NCBI GenBank assembly: GCA_032718475.1
Contig: JAUCBJ010008219.1
Span: forward strand, 1 to 64,000
Reading direction: 5' to 3'
Source of the DNA: Nemertoderma westbladi
Taxonomy: Eukaryota; Animalia; Xenacoelomorpha
DNA: 64,000 nucleotides
Shown here: positions 51,147 to 61,458 of the stretch, in pieces
How positions within the stretch are numbered: the stretch's first letter is position 1
Layout of the letters: the number at the start of each line of letters is the position of its first letter
Notes under the pieces: generated by a model
Told to the model about the DNA's origin: nothing
Database searches by the model: none
Seen by the model: the letters and a program-made list of their open reading frames with translations, nothing else
Translations under genes and position numbers: made by a program

Positions 51147-52005
51147 AAAATCAGACAATTATTAATTAATTAGCATCTCGTTATTGCAATTTTCCATATC
51201 ATTTTTAATTCTAGAATTTAATTCTTTTAATTTTAGAATTCAAACTTTTGAATTGTTTAATCGATAACCAAGTAGGCCTATATTATTAGTGTACTTTAGT
51301 TATTAGTAGATAACATTTTATGTTGTTGAGTTTTGTTCTGTGAAATTTGAGGTGTTATAGTAAACTTAGCATCCTTATACAATGTGTATATTGCGCTGTG
51401 GGCAGTAATAAAATATGTCACCTGTTTAAATAATATCACACCAACTTCACCATTTTCATTGTTACAACATTGGGATTGAATGGATATCCACAACCAATCA
51501 TCCCCCTTAATAATTTAAGTTAATTGAAATTGACATATTAATTTATTAACTTTACTTTTTTAATTTAATATCAAGATGAAGGCTCCTTACGTTTTAGGCC
51601 CGTGTGTTCCTATTAATTGTACTTTATGCTTATCCAATCTTCGCCCAATAATTACCAATTATTGGAAAGGAACAGGTTATAGTGGGATGCATTTCTAACC
51701 AAAACAATAAACGTGAGTCAATAGCACAGGTTAAACTTCCATAATCAATTTTGATTGATAATCATCAATCATCAATTAAAAGTATTAGTTAAATAGGGAA
51801 CAGTTCCGTATGTGCCAACATTTTCGTTGTTTTTTTTTCAACAAATTTTCATGCTTTTTTAAGGGAGAAGTTTGCCGCGTCCCTCTTACTTACATTTATA
51901 CCCGTCCGTCCCATAAGGTAATAACAGAAAATTGGTTGCGAAATAGCTGGAAATAATATAAAATTATTATAAACTAAAAATCGATACAAAAAATAACTAG
52001 TATCG

Positions 52006-52745
52006 TTATTCTTTATAATTAAATACAAATTGCTTGCAATATAAATAGCAGTCAACACCGTATTTATTATCGTAATTATCAGACCCAAATCGGTGATTGA
52101 TTTCACTGAGTAACTGTCTTACAGATTCTTCGGATATAGGACGTTCAATATTGGTAACATCAACAACTGTCTCTTGATCCTCAACAATCGGACCTGACCA
52201 ATCTACTCCGTAATTATCTAGGTTTATATTGTTCAGCTCATCTGGTACGTTGTCGATGTCACAAGTCGATGTTAATCGGCTATTGATGAAAATCTTCTGG
52301 GGGGTCCAGTAGCGTTCAGTGCGTAACCCATGTGCATTCCAACCAATTACAAATCTTTCTAGAGCCGCGTTTATTTGTTTCTTGTAAGTAATATGCAAAC
52401 AATATATATCATCGACAGAGGAGGGATCTAAATGGGAGTTGTCTTCTAGCCAAAAAAACAGCTCATAATAAACAATAACAACTGTACGGAATACATCTCT
52501 CCATAAGCGTTCTATCCTTTGATTGTGAGTACTTTTCCCTGCAATAAAGCTTCCTCGATTTGTGCCTCGATGACTTATCATATATTCGGCGACCAGTCTA
52601 TTTTCCCATCCCTTATCTCCTCTCACCCTTGAAGGGAGGCCGTATTTCCTAACTGCTTCCTCGAACAATGGCAAAACAGTTGCAGCACAGTTGTTACCCG
52701 ATGCATAAAGGTATGTAATCAGACGGGAAAATCCATCAACCCCAC
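52006..52745 (-). CDS. IS3EU-type DDE transposase, exon 2
   Basis: Branch-like gctaat and acceptor ctag|; [36 protein letters not shown]. Confidence 0.88.
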
Positions 52746-53032
52746 CTAGTACAGTCAAATTAGCGAAAACATTCAATTGTAAACAATCATGAAATTTCGG
52801 TTTCCATCAACATTGAAATTTTAAAATTCCATCAACATTTAATATTCTAGAATATATATAATATCATAACAGGGCCTATATTACCTATTTTGCTATTTCA
52901 CTTCAGCTTTAGTTATTGATCCGAGATATTAATGTTTTTTTTTAAAGTGGCTTTCAACAACAAAAAAAACTACAAAAGTCGTGGCTAAAATAACATTTTT
53001 TTGTTTTTTTTCGCTTTTTCGAAAGTACTAAC

Positions 53033-53801
53033 CATGTATTACGAAGTTCCACCTTATAAGGCTATGATGGCCATCGATGTGCCATAAAGAATTGGCACCC
53101 TTTACATTATATCGTCGTCGGACCACAAGCGCTCGCCACCTTGCTGCTGATAAAATGGGGTCGATTTCCCTTAAGACACGATGAACATGTCGAAGCGCGA
53201 TGAACATATTTTGACTTCGTAGCATGGCATACACGAATCTACATCCCGCATAAGGGAATTGTTGATGAATTTCACCAATAACTTCTTTAATTTGGTTTTC
53301 ATTCTCTAACGTATTGCGATACAAGTTTCGAACTCCCAAACCAAATTGACGAACTCGGTCCATAATAGTTGATCGACTCACTCCAAATATCGCAGCAATC
53401 TGAGTCCAGTTAAATCCCGCCTCTTTGAGGTATTCAAGTTGAGACTTAGTTACGTCGTATCTTGGTCTCCCCGTATTGTCAGGTCCCGGACCATTATGTG
53501 TGAGAACATGATTAAACAAAGAAGTACAATCAGGACTGACCCTTATGTACAAGTTGGCGATACGAACTTGTAGGTATTGAACATATGTCAGATACTCAAC
53601 AATTGCTGAATCATGAGCTGTCAAATTATTAGATTCCTTTATCATAGTTAAGCAATTACATATATTGGTGAGTTTAGCTAATAGGTACTCCTTGAATTCG
53701 TCATTAATTAATTGAGGTGAGTAATCAGGTTTTAAAACACGTTCGCATTCGGTTATGATATGTTCCAAATGGTTGACAAATATACTTGCCGGAGTTTCCA
53801 T
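53033..53801 (-). CDS. IS3EU-type DDE transposase, exon 1
   Basis: GRPRYD, HTH FNWTQIAAIFGVSRSTI, RRRYNVKGANSLWHIDGHHSLIRWNFVIHG; phase-1 donor |gttagt joins to give IHGGVDG. Spliced ORF is 502 aa. Confidence 0.88.
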
Positions 53802-53959
53802 GATAAACAATAAAAACTAAACAACTATAAAGTGGCAATGATGAAATCAATTTTACAATATAAAAACAACAATTTAAATAACCTTAATTATAATAAAATA
53901 GCAAAATAATAATCCTAACAAATATTAAAAGGGTTTTTTAAATACATAAAAATTATGTC

Positions 53960-54534
53960 ATTCGTGATTGGCTAAAACATGGGTGACATATTTTCAAAGA
54001 TGAGGCGCAAATTCGCGATTGGCTAAAAGATGGGTGGCAATTATTCGAAGATGAGGCGCAAATTCGTGATTGGTTAAAAGATGGGTGACACTTATTCGAA
54101 GATGAGGCGCAAATTCGTGATTGGTTAAAAGATGGGTGACAATTATTAAAAGATGAGGCGCAAATTCGCGATTGGCTAAAATATGAGTACAAAATTGCAA
54201 GGTTTTCCGAATTAATGGTGTACTCATTTTAAAATGAGAACATAATTCTTTGAATTAGTGACTCTTATAAAAATATGAGTACAAAATTAAAGGATTTTCC
54301 GAATTAATGGTGTACTCATTTTAAAATGAGAACATAATTCTTTGAATTAGTGACTCTTATAAAAATATGAGTACAAAATTGCAAAATTTTCCGAATTAAT
54401 GGTGTACTCATTTTAAAATGAGAACATAATTCTTTGAATTAGAGACTCTTATAAAAATATGAGTACAAAATTATTTTCCTTAAAAAATATGAGTAAATAA
54501 TAAAATGGGGTTTTAATACTAAAAGTATGCCATA
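53960..54534 (-). repeat. Right TIR with subterminal repeats
   Basis: Reverse complement of 42510-43080. Confidence 0.9.
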
Positions 54535-55005
54535 GGGGGGGGGGGGGTTGTCTTAGACCCCCAAAACTCCCGCTTCGGATTGCATTGTTGCCCAGCTACG
54601 TATTGGATAAAGCTAATATTCTATAGAATATTGTATATTTATTACATAGAATAAAATGATGGCCTGCAGCGGAAGCAAATACAATAGGCCTACTGTACAT
54701 GCAACATTCGAATGCCCATTGCCCATATCTCAGCGGTTTCCCAACCATATTCGAATGTTTTTACATATTTGGAATCCTTGAATGGCAAGACAGGTGCGGG
54801 GGGGGGGACTGGACGCAAATCCTTAATATCCTGCCTCAATGTTCAATTCTCAATTTAGGGAAAGGAGCAGGTTACAGTGGCACGATATTTTAACCAAAAC
54901 AATAAACTAAACACAATAGAACAGGTTACAATTTTATTTATGAGAGTATTCAGCTGTTATTTGCGCCGGATTTCCCCTGGAGAAGGATAAATTATTATTC
55001 CGTCC

Positions 55006-55036
<31 letters not shown>

Positions 55037-55934
55037 ATCTGTGAATGGCCAGCTTTCCACTAAAGTAGTACCAACATATCACGAAGATGAAGAATAACTG
55101 CGTTACGACTGGTACAAGATCGACGGAGACACCTTTTTTTTAAACGCTTGTAGCTAAACAATTAAAGCAAAAATAAAAATTCTGGCTCACCCTATGTAGG
55201 AGGGAGATCTCATTAAGATTTGTAGAAAAATTGTGGGGGTTGGGGTACCTTAATTACGTCACTACAGTATATTCCAGGACATGGTTTGTGGACCTAACTT
55301 TGGTTCAAAGCACATTGGGTGTGTGTGACATCGAACACTGTAATATTGTCAATTAACTTGAACGAATAAGCGAGACAACCTTTTTATTTAAGACACAATA
55401 AGGTGCACTGTAGGCCTACTTTTGTGTGTCAACCAAATTGCAGATGGGGGGGGGGGACTGGACGCTGTTAGTGATGTAATCCCAAACAAATATACGAGAA
55501 TAACCGATGTGATGCAATAAATGACACGATTATGAGAGTAACAACCAGAGATGACTTATTGGCTATAGCGTGAGTGATGGTATGACATGGTTACAAAACC
55601 ATCTAAAAGGTGTGAATGCATATTAGAATGTTAAATATGTATCAGCAGAACGAACAATGATGCAATAACCTACAGTGGGAATGCAATAATACAGTAAGGA
55701 CAATGCATTTGGTTTTTACAGTAGTTACTATAGAAGGGGACCATTAGTACATAGGGGAAATATCAGGTAACTCACGGTGTTGTGTCCAGTATTACTTAGG
55801 CCATGGCCTATGATATAGGATTAGGATTACCGGTATGCACATACTACAGTACTATGTCAGTACGGCAGTACACTGTAGTACTTGTGTACACTGGTACGAC
55901 TGCACAATGTATAGAGCAATATATATCATATCTA

Positions 55935-58900
55935 TGTAATGATGGAACGGTTCTGCCAGTCCAATCTAACCAGACTGCCGTCAAACCGGTAGCCGGCCTA
56001 TATATTCAAATCAGTCTAATATACGCTACGCGTATATCACACATACCCCTTAATAGTGGGGGGTTGATTGTGTGAGTGTACATTATATTACTATTTATAA
56101 CATGTTACTAGTTAAATGTTAATAGTAAATGTCCCATTGTGTAGGGCTAATTGGATTGTTTACTATAGTCACTATTCGCATAGCGCGATGGGGGCCTGAC
56201 TGCCCTCCCAGACCTGGAGGTGTAGGGTGCTTCTGGCATCGAGACCGAGCCGTCTGGTGTTGGTTGGCTGTGGTCTGCGACTGGCGGGGTGGTGGTTGGG
56301 TGCCCCGCAATGTGTGCCCAAGTTGGTCGCGGCAGGGCTGGTGAGGTCGGTGTCGTGCGTACGGGTAACGGTGGCTGTGGCATCGGAGTGGGTTGTTGCG
56401 GTGGTTGGCCGCTGGGGGGCGCTGCAAAATTCCGGACCCGGAGGAGGACGCGGTTGCGCCGGACGGTACGACCGCTTTCTTGGCGCACGAGATAATCGTG
56501 GTTGGGGAGGACCTCCACCACGGTGCCATAGCCTGTCCAACGCTTGGTCGCTGGGTCCTGAATGAGGGCTGGTTGGCCAATGGAGAGCGCGCGTAGGGGG
56601 CGTGTGTGGCAGTCGTAATTGGCGCGCAGCTCGGCTGAGTTTTCGGCGGCGATTTCGTCGAGCTCCCGAAAAGTGCGGCGCCATTTTGGGTCGAACGATG
56701 AGAAGTGGGCGGGGAGGGCCTCGCGGATGTTCCTCCCGTACAGGAGTTCCGCTGGGGACCGGCCGCCGTAACGTGGTGTATTCCGGAATGCGAGGACGCC
56801 CTGTGTGATGCCGTCAGAGTCGTGGTTAGCGCCCCGGATAATTTTCTTCATGGCCTTCACGGCCGCCTCCGCTCGTCCGTTTGTACGAGGTAGGTGGGGG
56901 CTGGATGGCTCCAGACGTACTCCCCAGCGCTGGAGGAACTGGCGCACCGCGTCCGACACGAGTTGCGGGCCGCCATCTGGGTGTAGGATGGTTGGAACGG
57001 CGGTGGCGAGGAAGAGACGTCGGAGGCAGGGAATAATCGCCCCCGATGTGGTGTCCGCGCCGAGGCGAAATAGTGTGGGCCAGCCCGTGTACTCGTCCGT
57101 GCAGACGAGGTAGTTCACGGCGGTCACTACGCAGAGGTCCACGTGGACGCGCTGGAACGGTCGGGTGGCGTCTGGGTTGTGTTGCAGTGGCTCGGGGGCG
57201 TGGGATGGGAGGACTGTCTGACACGACTGGCAGCGTTCGACAGCCTGTTTCACATCATTCGCGATGGTGGGCCACCAGACTGCCCGGTTGGCCCGTTCCC
57301 GAGTTTTGTTAAGGCCCTGGTGCGAGGCATGGAGTTGGCTGAGTGTATTGGCCCGCATCTCAGTTGGTATGTATAGTTGGGGACCACGTAGTATGAGCCC
57401 GTCTTGGGCCATCAGGTCACACCTGAACTGGTAATAGGGGCGGACCCAGTCGTTGGTGACGTCGTGTTTTGACGTGGGCCAGCCCTCGGTGATGGTGGCG
57501 AGGAGGGCGCGGTATGTCGGGTCGCGTTGTCCCGCCTCACGAATTTCCTGGAGACGGGCGTCCCGGGAGTCGAGGGTTGGGATCGCGCCGATGGCCGCAT
57601 TTATTATGTATTCGCGGTCCGTCTCGTCTTCCTGGGTCAGGATTAAGTCGGTGGGGACCGGGGGGTGGATTGCGGCCCGGGAGAAGGCATCAGCAACCAC
57701 GTGTTTAGCCCCCCTCTGGTGTCGGGCGGTGAAGGAGAACCGTGATAAAGCCGTTTTGAGTTTTAATAACCGGTCATTCGTGACTTGATCCAACCGTCGC
57801 TCGTTTAGAATCGGTATCAGGGGGCTGCAGTCGGTTACGAGATCGAAATGACGGAGGCCGTCGAGAAAGTAGCGGCACTTGTGGGCCGCCCATGCCGCCC
57901 CGAGGGCCTCCAGCTCGGCCATCCCGGACCAGTTGGCCTCGTGTTTGGCGAGGGTCCGGGAGCCGCACTGGACCGTTAGCCAGCGGTTCATGGCCGAATC
58001 CCACTGCCGGAGGAGGAAACCGAGTCCGTTGAGACGGGAGGCGTCGGTGAGCAGCTCGGTTCTGCGGTCCGGCTGGAAACCGGACAAGTAGTGAGGGGCA
58101 GACAGCGCGGACCGGGTGGCCTCGAACGCCGCCTGGTGTTCGGGGAGCCACAACCAAGCTGTGCGGCTTGAGTTCAACCCACGTAGTGGTTCCACGAGGC
58201 GGGTGATCTCGGCCGTGGAGTTGCCCAACTGTTGGGCTAGGCCGAGGAACGACCGGAGTTGGTGTCGGTTCGTGGGGACCGGGAATTGGCGGAGGTCCTC
58301 GGTGAGGTCTGGGTCGATGCGGTATTGCCCTTTGGAGACGATATATCCACCGAATTTAACCTCTGGAAGGCAGAACTGCACCTTCTTCGGGTTTATGGAT
58401 ATATCGGCCTCGTCGCAGGCAGTCAGGACTTTGGCTACTGCCTCGTTGTGTTCCTCCGCTGTTTCCGTGTAAATTATAATGTCCTCCACGATGCGGCCGA
58501 TGTTGGGGATCCCCCGGAGTGCATGGGCCATGCGGGCATTAAAGACATCCGAGCTGCCGTGCCAGCCCATGGGCATGCGGCAGTAGCGGTAGCGGCCTCG
58601 CGGTGTGACGAATGTTGTAAGACCCCGACTCCGGGGGTCCAAGTTGACCTGGTGGAACCCCTTTAATCCGTCTATAACGGTGAATACACCGGCGGTGGGC
58701 GGGATCCGCGAAACGACGTGGAACGGGGATGGGGAGAAGTAGGTTGGGCGGACGGTGTTCAGGTTGAGTTCCCGGAGGTCGACGGTAATTCGGACCGATT
58801 CACCATCTTTTTTACGGGTAATAACCATGGGGCTCAGCCAGTCGCTGGGGCAGTTTTCGTCGTTGGCTGGTTCTAGAATCCCCATGGCCACCTGTTCATC

Positions 58901-60867
58901 CAGTTCCCTGTTGAAGGCCTCCTCTAGGTTCGCTGGGATGGCCCTATTGGCGTATGAGTTTTTAGGTTTCGCGCCCGGAGTGAGTTTGATAGTAATATCC
59001 CCACCCCTCATCACCCTGCAGACACCCGATAGGGGGCGCGGGAACCGGGTTTCCAGGGCCCGCCAAGCTATATCACGGTCTACGGTGGGTGTGGATGGGG
59101 TAGTAAGCTCTGTCGGTGGCGGTGTGGTGGGGCCTGTGGAGGACGCCACGACAGGGGGTGCCGGCGACCTGCCTCTAAGGATTGGGCTGCTGAGAATCCT
59201 TAGGGTAAAGCAGGACTTGCGGGACAGGAGTGGCTGCTGGAGTCCCTCCAGCACCCAGATGTCGGTTGTACAGGCGGTGTGGAGGTCGTGGCACTGGATC
59301 GTAGCGGTGAACAGTCCCTTGAATTCCCATCCAGTCCGGCTGCCGTTGGCGAGTTTCGGGGCTTGTGGATTGGGGAAGGGTTTGCGGAGATTTCCGATCT
59401 GGCCACCAAACGCGGTGAATATCCGGAACGGAATAGCCGAGATGTTGGCCCCAGAGTCCGGAAGAAACTGGAGTTCCGGGATTCCAAATGCCGGGTTCTT
59501 GTAGACTTGGAAGCCCAGGGTGACGGTCTCTAGTGACTCGAGTTGTTCGGTTGATGAAACAACCGGGGCGTTCTCGAGTTCGGTTCCAACCAGGACCGAC
59601 CAGACTTCAGCATTGTTGGTTGCGGTGTGGTCCTCCATGTAGCATGGTGCCGGGGGTGCGGCCGCTGCGTGGGCCTGTGGGGGGCGGGGTCTGGGACACA
59701 TCCTGTCGTAGTGTCCGACCAGTTTACAGTGGCGGCACCGCGCGTCCGTACCGGGGCAACGTTGGCCCAGTCCGTGTGGGGGATAGCCGCATTTGGTGCA
59801 GGTCAGGCCCATTGGGATAGCGTTGGAGCGAGGGCTCCGGTTCCCTTTCCGTCGTTTATCCGACCTTGCCTCCGCTTTAGCTGCCGTAGGTGCCGGTGTG
59901 GAGGAGAAGGAGAGTGAGGCTGCATCCTTCCGCGCGGTCCACACGGTTTGGGCGAGGTTGAGGGCGTCGGTGATCGAACTTCCTGCGGGGAGCCGGAGTA
60001 GGTGCTCAGTAACCTCTTTATCGCCGAAGCTGGCGATAAATTGGTCGAGCAGTCTGTCGTTGCGATGGTCATCCGGAGTCGGGAGTGCCTCGAATCCGCA
60101 TTTCGAAGCGATATCCCGGAGGTTAACTAGGAATGTCTCAGGAGTTTCCTCAAGTAGGCGGGATCGGCGCGACAGTTCCTGCCGGTGGACGCGTTTATTG
60201 GTCCCGCCGTCGATATGGACGCCGAGATGTTGGATGATAACATCGGTGTCTGCGTTGTCGATGGCGGACAGGCCCAAACCCTTGACGACTGCGTTCGTTG
60301 CGCGGGAGAAGGCGGTGGTCAGAGTTGCCCGCCGTATGCGGTTTGTTGCCGCTAGAAGAGCTGCCGATACGGTTGGGTCAGGTGGATCGGCTGAGTCAGT
60401 GACGCGCAAGTTTCCAAGTCCAGAGGTGACGAGGAAAGCGTCCCACTCGTCTCGCCACAGCTCCCAGGTGGAGCGTTCCGATTCCAGGTCGAATGGGGGT
60501 GGCGAGTTTCGTAGAATGAAGGAGAATGGGTCGCGGTTGTCGTTTGCTCTTGCCATAGCCTATCCAATATCAAATATCCGTATCACGGTATCAGCAAATA
60601 CAGAAATAGTTTATTACGAAATTAATTGCCGATATTATTTATTAAGGTAATATGAATAAAGTGCGGTAGCAATTGCAGAGTTGTGAGTTAGGCCGAGTAC
60701 AAAGTGCAGTACTGCAGTGGCAAGTAGGTAAGTACTGAAACTGCGCCATATGTAATGATGGAACGGTTCTGCCAGTCCAATCTAACCAGACTGCCGTCAA
60801 ACCGGTCAGCCGGTAGCCGGCCTATATATTCAAATCAGTCTAATATACGCTACGCGTATATCACACA
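55935..60867 (-). mobile_element. Young Gypsy LTR retrotransposon with short LTRs
   Basis: LTRs 55935-56043 and 60751-60867 (TG...CA) identical apart from an 8-bp indel; minus-strand PBS tggcgcag; PPT-like aaggggta; atatcta on both flanks. Confidence 0.95.
56147..60556 (-). CDS. Gypsy gag-pol polyprotein, intact, 1469 aa
   Basis: CCHC knuckle CRHCKLVGHYDRMC, protease LPDSGA, RT (VDLRELN, DGLKGFHQV, MPMG, IVED), RNase H TDAS, HHCC plus DDE integrase (HVD, PDGGPQL, NGRAEAAVK). Confidence 0.95.
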   Translation of the reverse strand: MARANDNRDPFSFILRNSPPPFDLESERSTWELWRDEWDAFLVTSGLGNLRVTDSADPPDPTVSAALLAATNRIRRATLTTAFSRATNAVVKGLGLSAIDNADTDVIIQHLGVHIDGGTNKRVHRQELSRRSRLLEETPETFLVNLRDIASKCGFEALPTPDDHRNDRLLDQFIASFGDKEVTEHLLRLPAGSSITDALNLAQTVWTARKDAASLSFSSTPAPTAAKAEARSDKRRKGNRSPRSNAIPMGLTCTKCGYPPHGLGQRCPGTDARCRHCKLVGHYDRMCPRPRPPQAHAAAAPPAPCYMEDHTATNNAEVWSVLVGTELENAPVVSSTEQLESLETVTLGFQVYKNPAFGIPELQFLPDSGANISAIPFRIFTAFGGQIGNLRKPFPNPQAPKLANGSRTGWEFKGLFTATIQCHDLHTACTTDIWVLEGLQQPLLSRKSCFTLRILSSPILRGRSPAPPVVASSTGPTTPPPTELTTPSTPTVDRDIAWRALETRFPRPLSGVCRVMRGGDITIKLTPGAKPKNSYANRAIPANLEEAFNRELDEQVAMGILEPANDENCPSDWLSPMVITRKKDGESVRITVDLRELNLNTVRPTYFSPSPFHVVSRIPPTAGVFTVIDGLKGFHQVNLDPRSRGLTTFVTPRGRYRYCRMPMGWHGSSDVFNARMAHALRGIPNIGRIVEDIIIYTETAEEHNEAVAKVLTACDEADISINPKKVQFCLPEVKFGGYIVSKGQYRIDPDLTEDLRQFPVPTNRHQLRSFLGLAQQLGNSTAEITRLVEPLRGLNSSRTAWLWLPEHQAAFEATRSALSAPHYLSGFQPDRRTELLTDASRLNGLGFLLRQWDSAMNRWLTVQCGSRTLAKHEANWSGMAELEALGAAWAAHKCRYFLDGLRHFDLVTDCSPLIPILNERRLDQVTNDRLLKLKTALSRFSFTARHQRGAKHVVADAFSRAAIHPPVPTDLILTQEDETDREYIINAAIGAIPTLDSRDARLQEIREAGQRDPTYRALLATITEGWPTSKHDVTNDWVRPYYQFRCDLMAQDGLILRGPQLYIPTEMRANTLSQLHASHQGLNKTRERANRAVWWPTIANDVKQAVERCQSCQTVLPSHAPEPLQHNPDATRPFQRVHVDLCVVTAVNYLVCTDEYTGWPTLFRLGADTTSGAIIPCLRRLFLATAVPTILHPDGGPQLVSDAVRQFLQRWGVRLEPSSPHLPRTNGRAEAAVKAMKKIIRGANHDSDGITQGVLAFRNTPRYGGRSPAELLYGRNIREALPAHFSSFDPKWRRTFRELDEIAAENSAELRANYDCHTRPLRALSIGQPALIQDPATKRWTGYGTVVEVLPNHDYLVRQESGRTVRRNRVLLRVRNFAAPPSGQPPQQPTPMPQPPLPVRTTPTSPALPRPTWAHIAGHPTTTPPVADHSQPTPDGSVSMPEAPYTSRSGRAVRPPSRYANSDYSKQSN

Positions 60868-60906
60868 ATATCTATAGATTATTATGCTTTTATATGAACA
60901 TAACAT

Positions 60907-60916
60907 TGGCGACGAG
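60907..60916 (+). promoter_or_regulatory. Primer binding site of the outer Gypsy
   Basis: tggcgacgag 1 nt after the LTR-terminal CA. Confidence 0.7.
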
Positions 60917-61458
60917 TCGGTCGATCCACGTGGTGGTGACATTTCTACCTACAGACTTAAGCTTCTTACTGGCTTACGCCATTTACAGATTTAGGCTTAC
61001 CAGTACTGCGAAAGGAGAAACTGATCTGGTGACTCTGGATTTAGTGATAAAAGATTCTGGCACCGGTACAGAGAAAAGAATTTGCTTACAAGTATAGGCC
61101 CACCTATTTGGTACAACATTACAGTTGTACAACTGCCGGTATTATTAACCCACAACTACCAGACTACCGGTATTTATTAACCTACAATCGCTTACAGCTA
61201 ACAGCGCTTACAATATACAACAGTACAGTTGTAAAATTTTCATATTAACAACCTAGGCCTAGCAGCCTAACCTAGCATGCATATTATATTATAGCAGTTC
61301 CATGATTACAGGAATTGTTCTCAACATAAAATAGGAGCCAAAGCCAATACAGTAATAGCAATACTCTAGGCCGCTTCTGACAGTTCGTAGTTAAGATAAA
61401 TACTGAGATATAAGCTATTACAAAATCACAGTAACGGTACACGTTACAGTGTTAAGGG

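Larger units (their letters stand above)
42510..54534. mobile_element. IS3EU-type DNA transposon carrying a transposase and a HECT E3 ligase gene
   Basis: TATGGCATAC...GTATGCCATA termini, ~570-bp TIRs with subterminal tandem repeats, both ends in poly-G (compatible with a GGGGGG TSD), two convergent genes. Confidence 0.88.

Noticed and set aside
56119-60650. Many overlapping ORFs on both strands within the inner Gypsy
   Set aside because: Expected shadow ORFs of a GC-rich coding sequence; no independent motifs.
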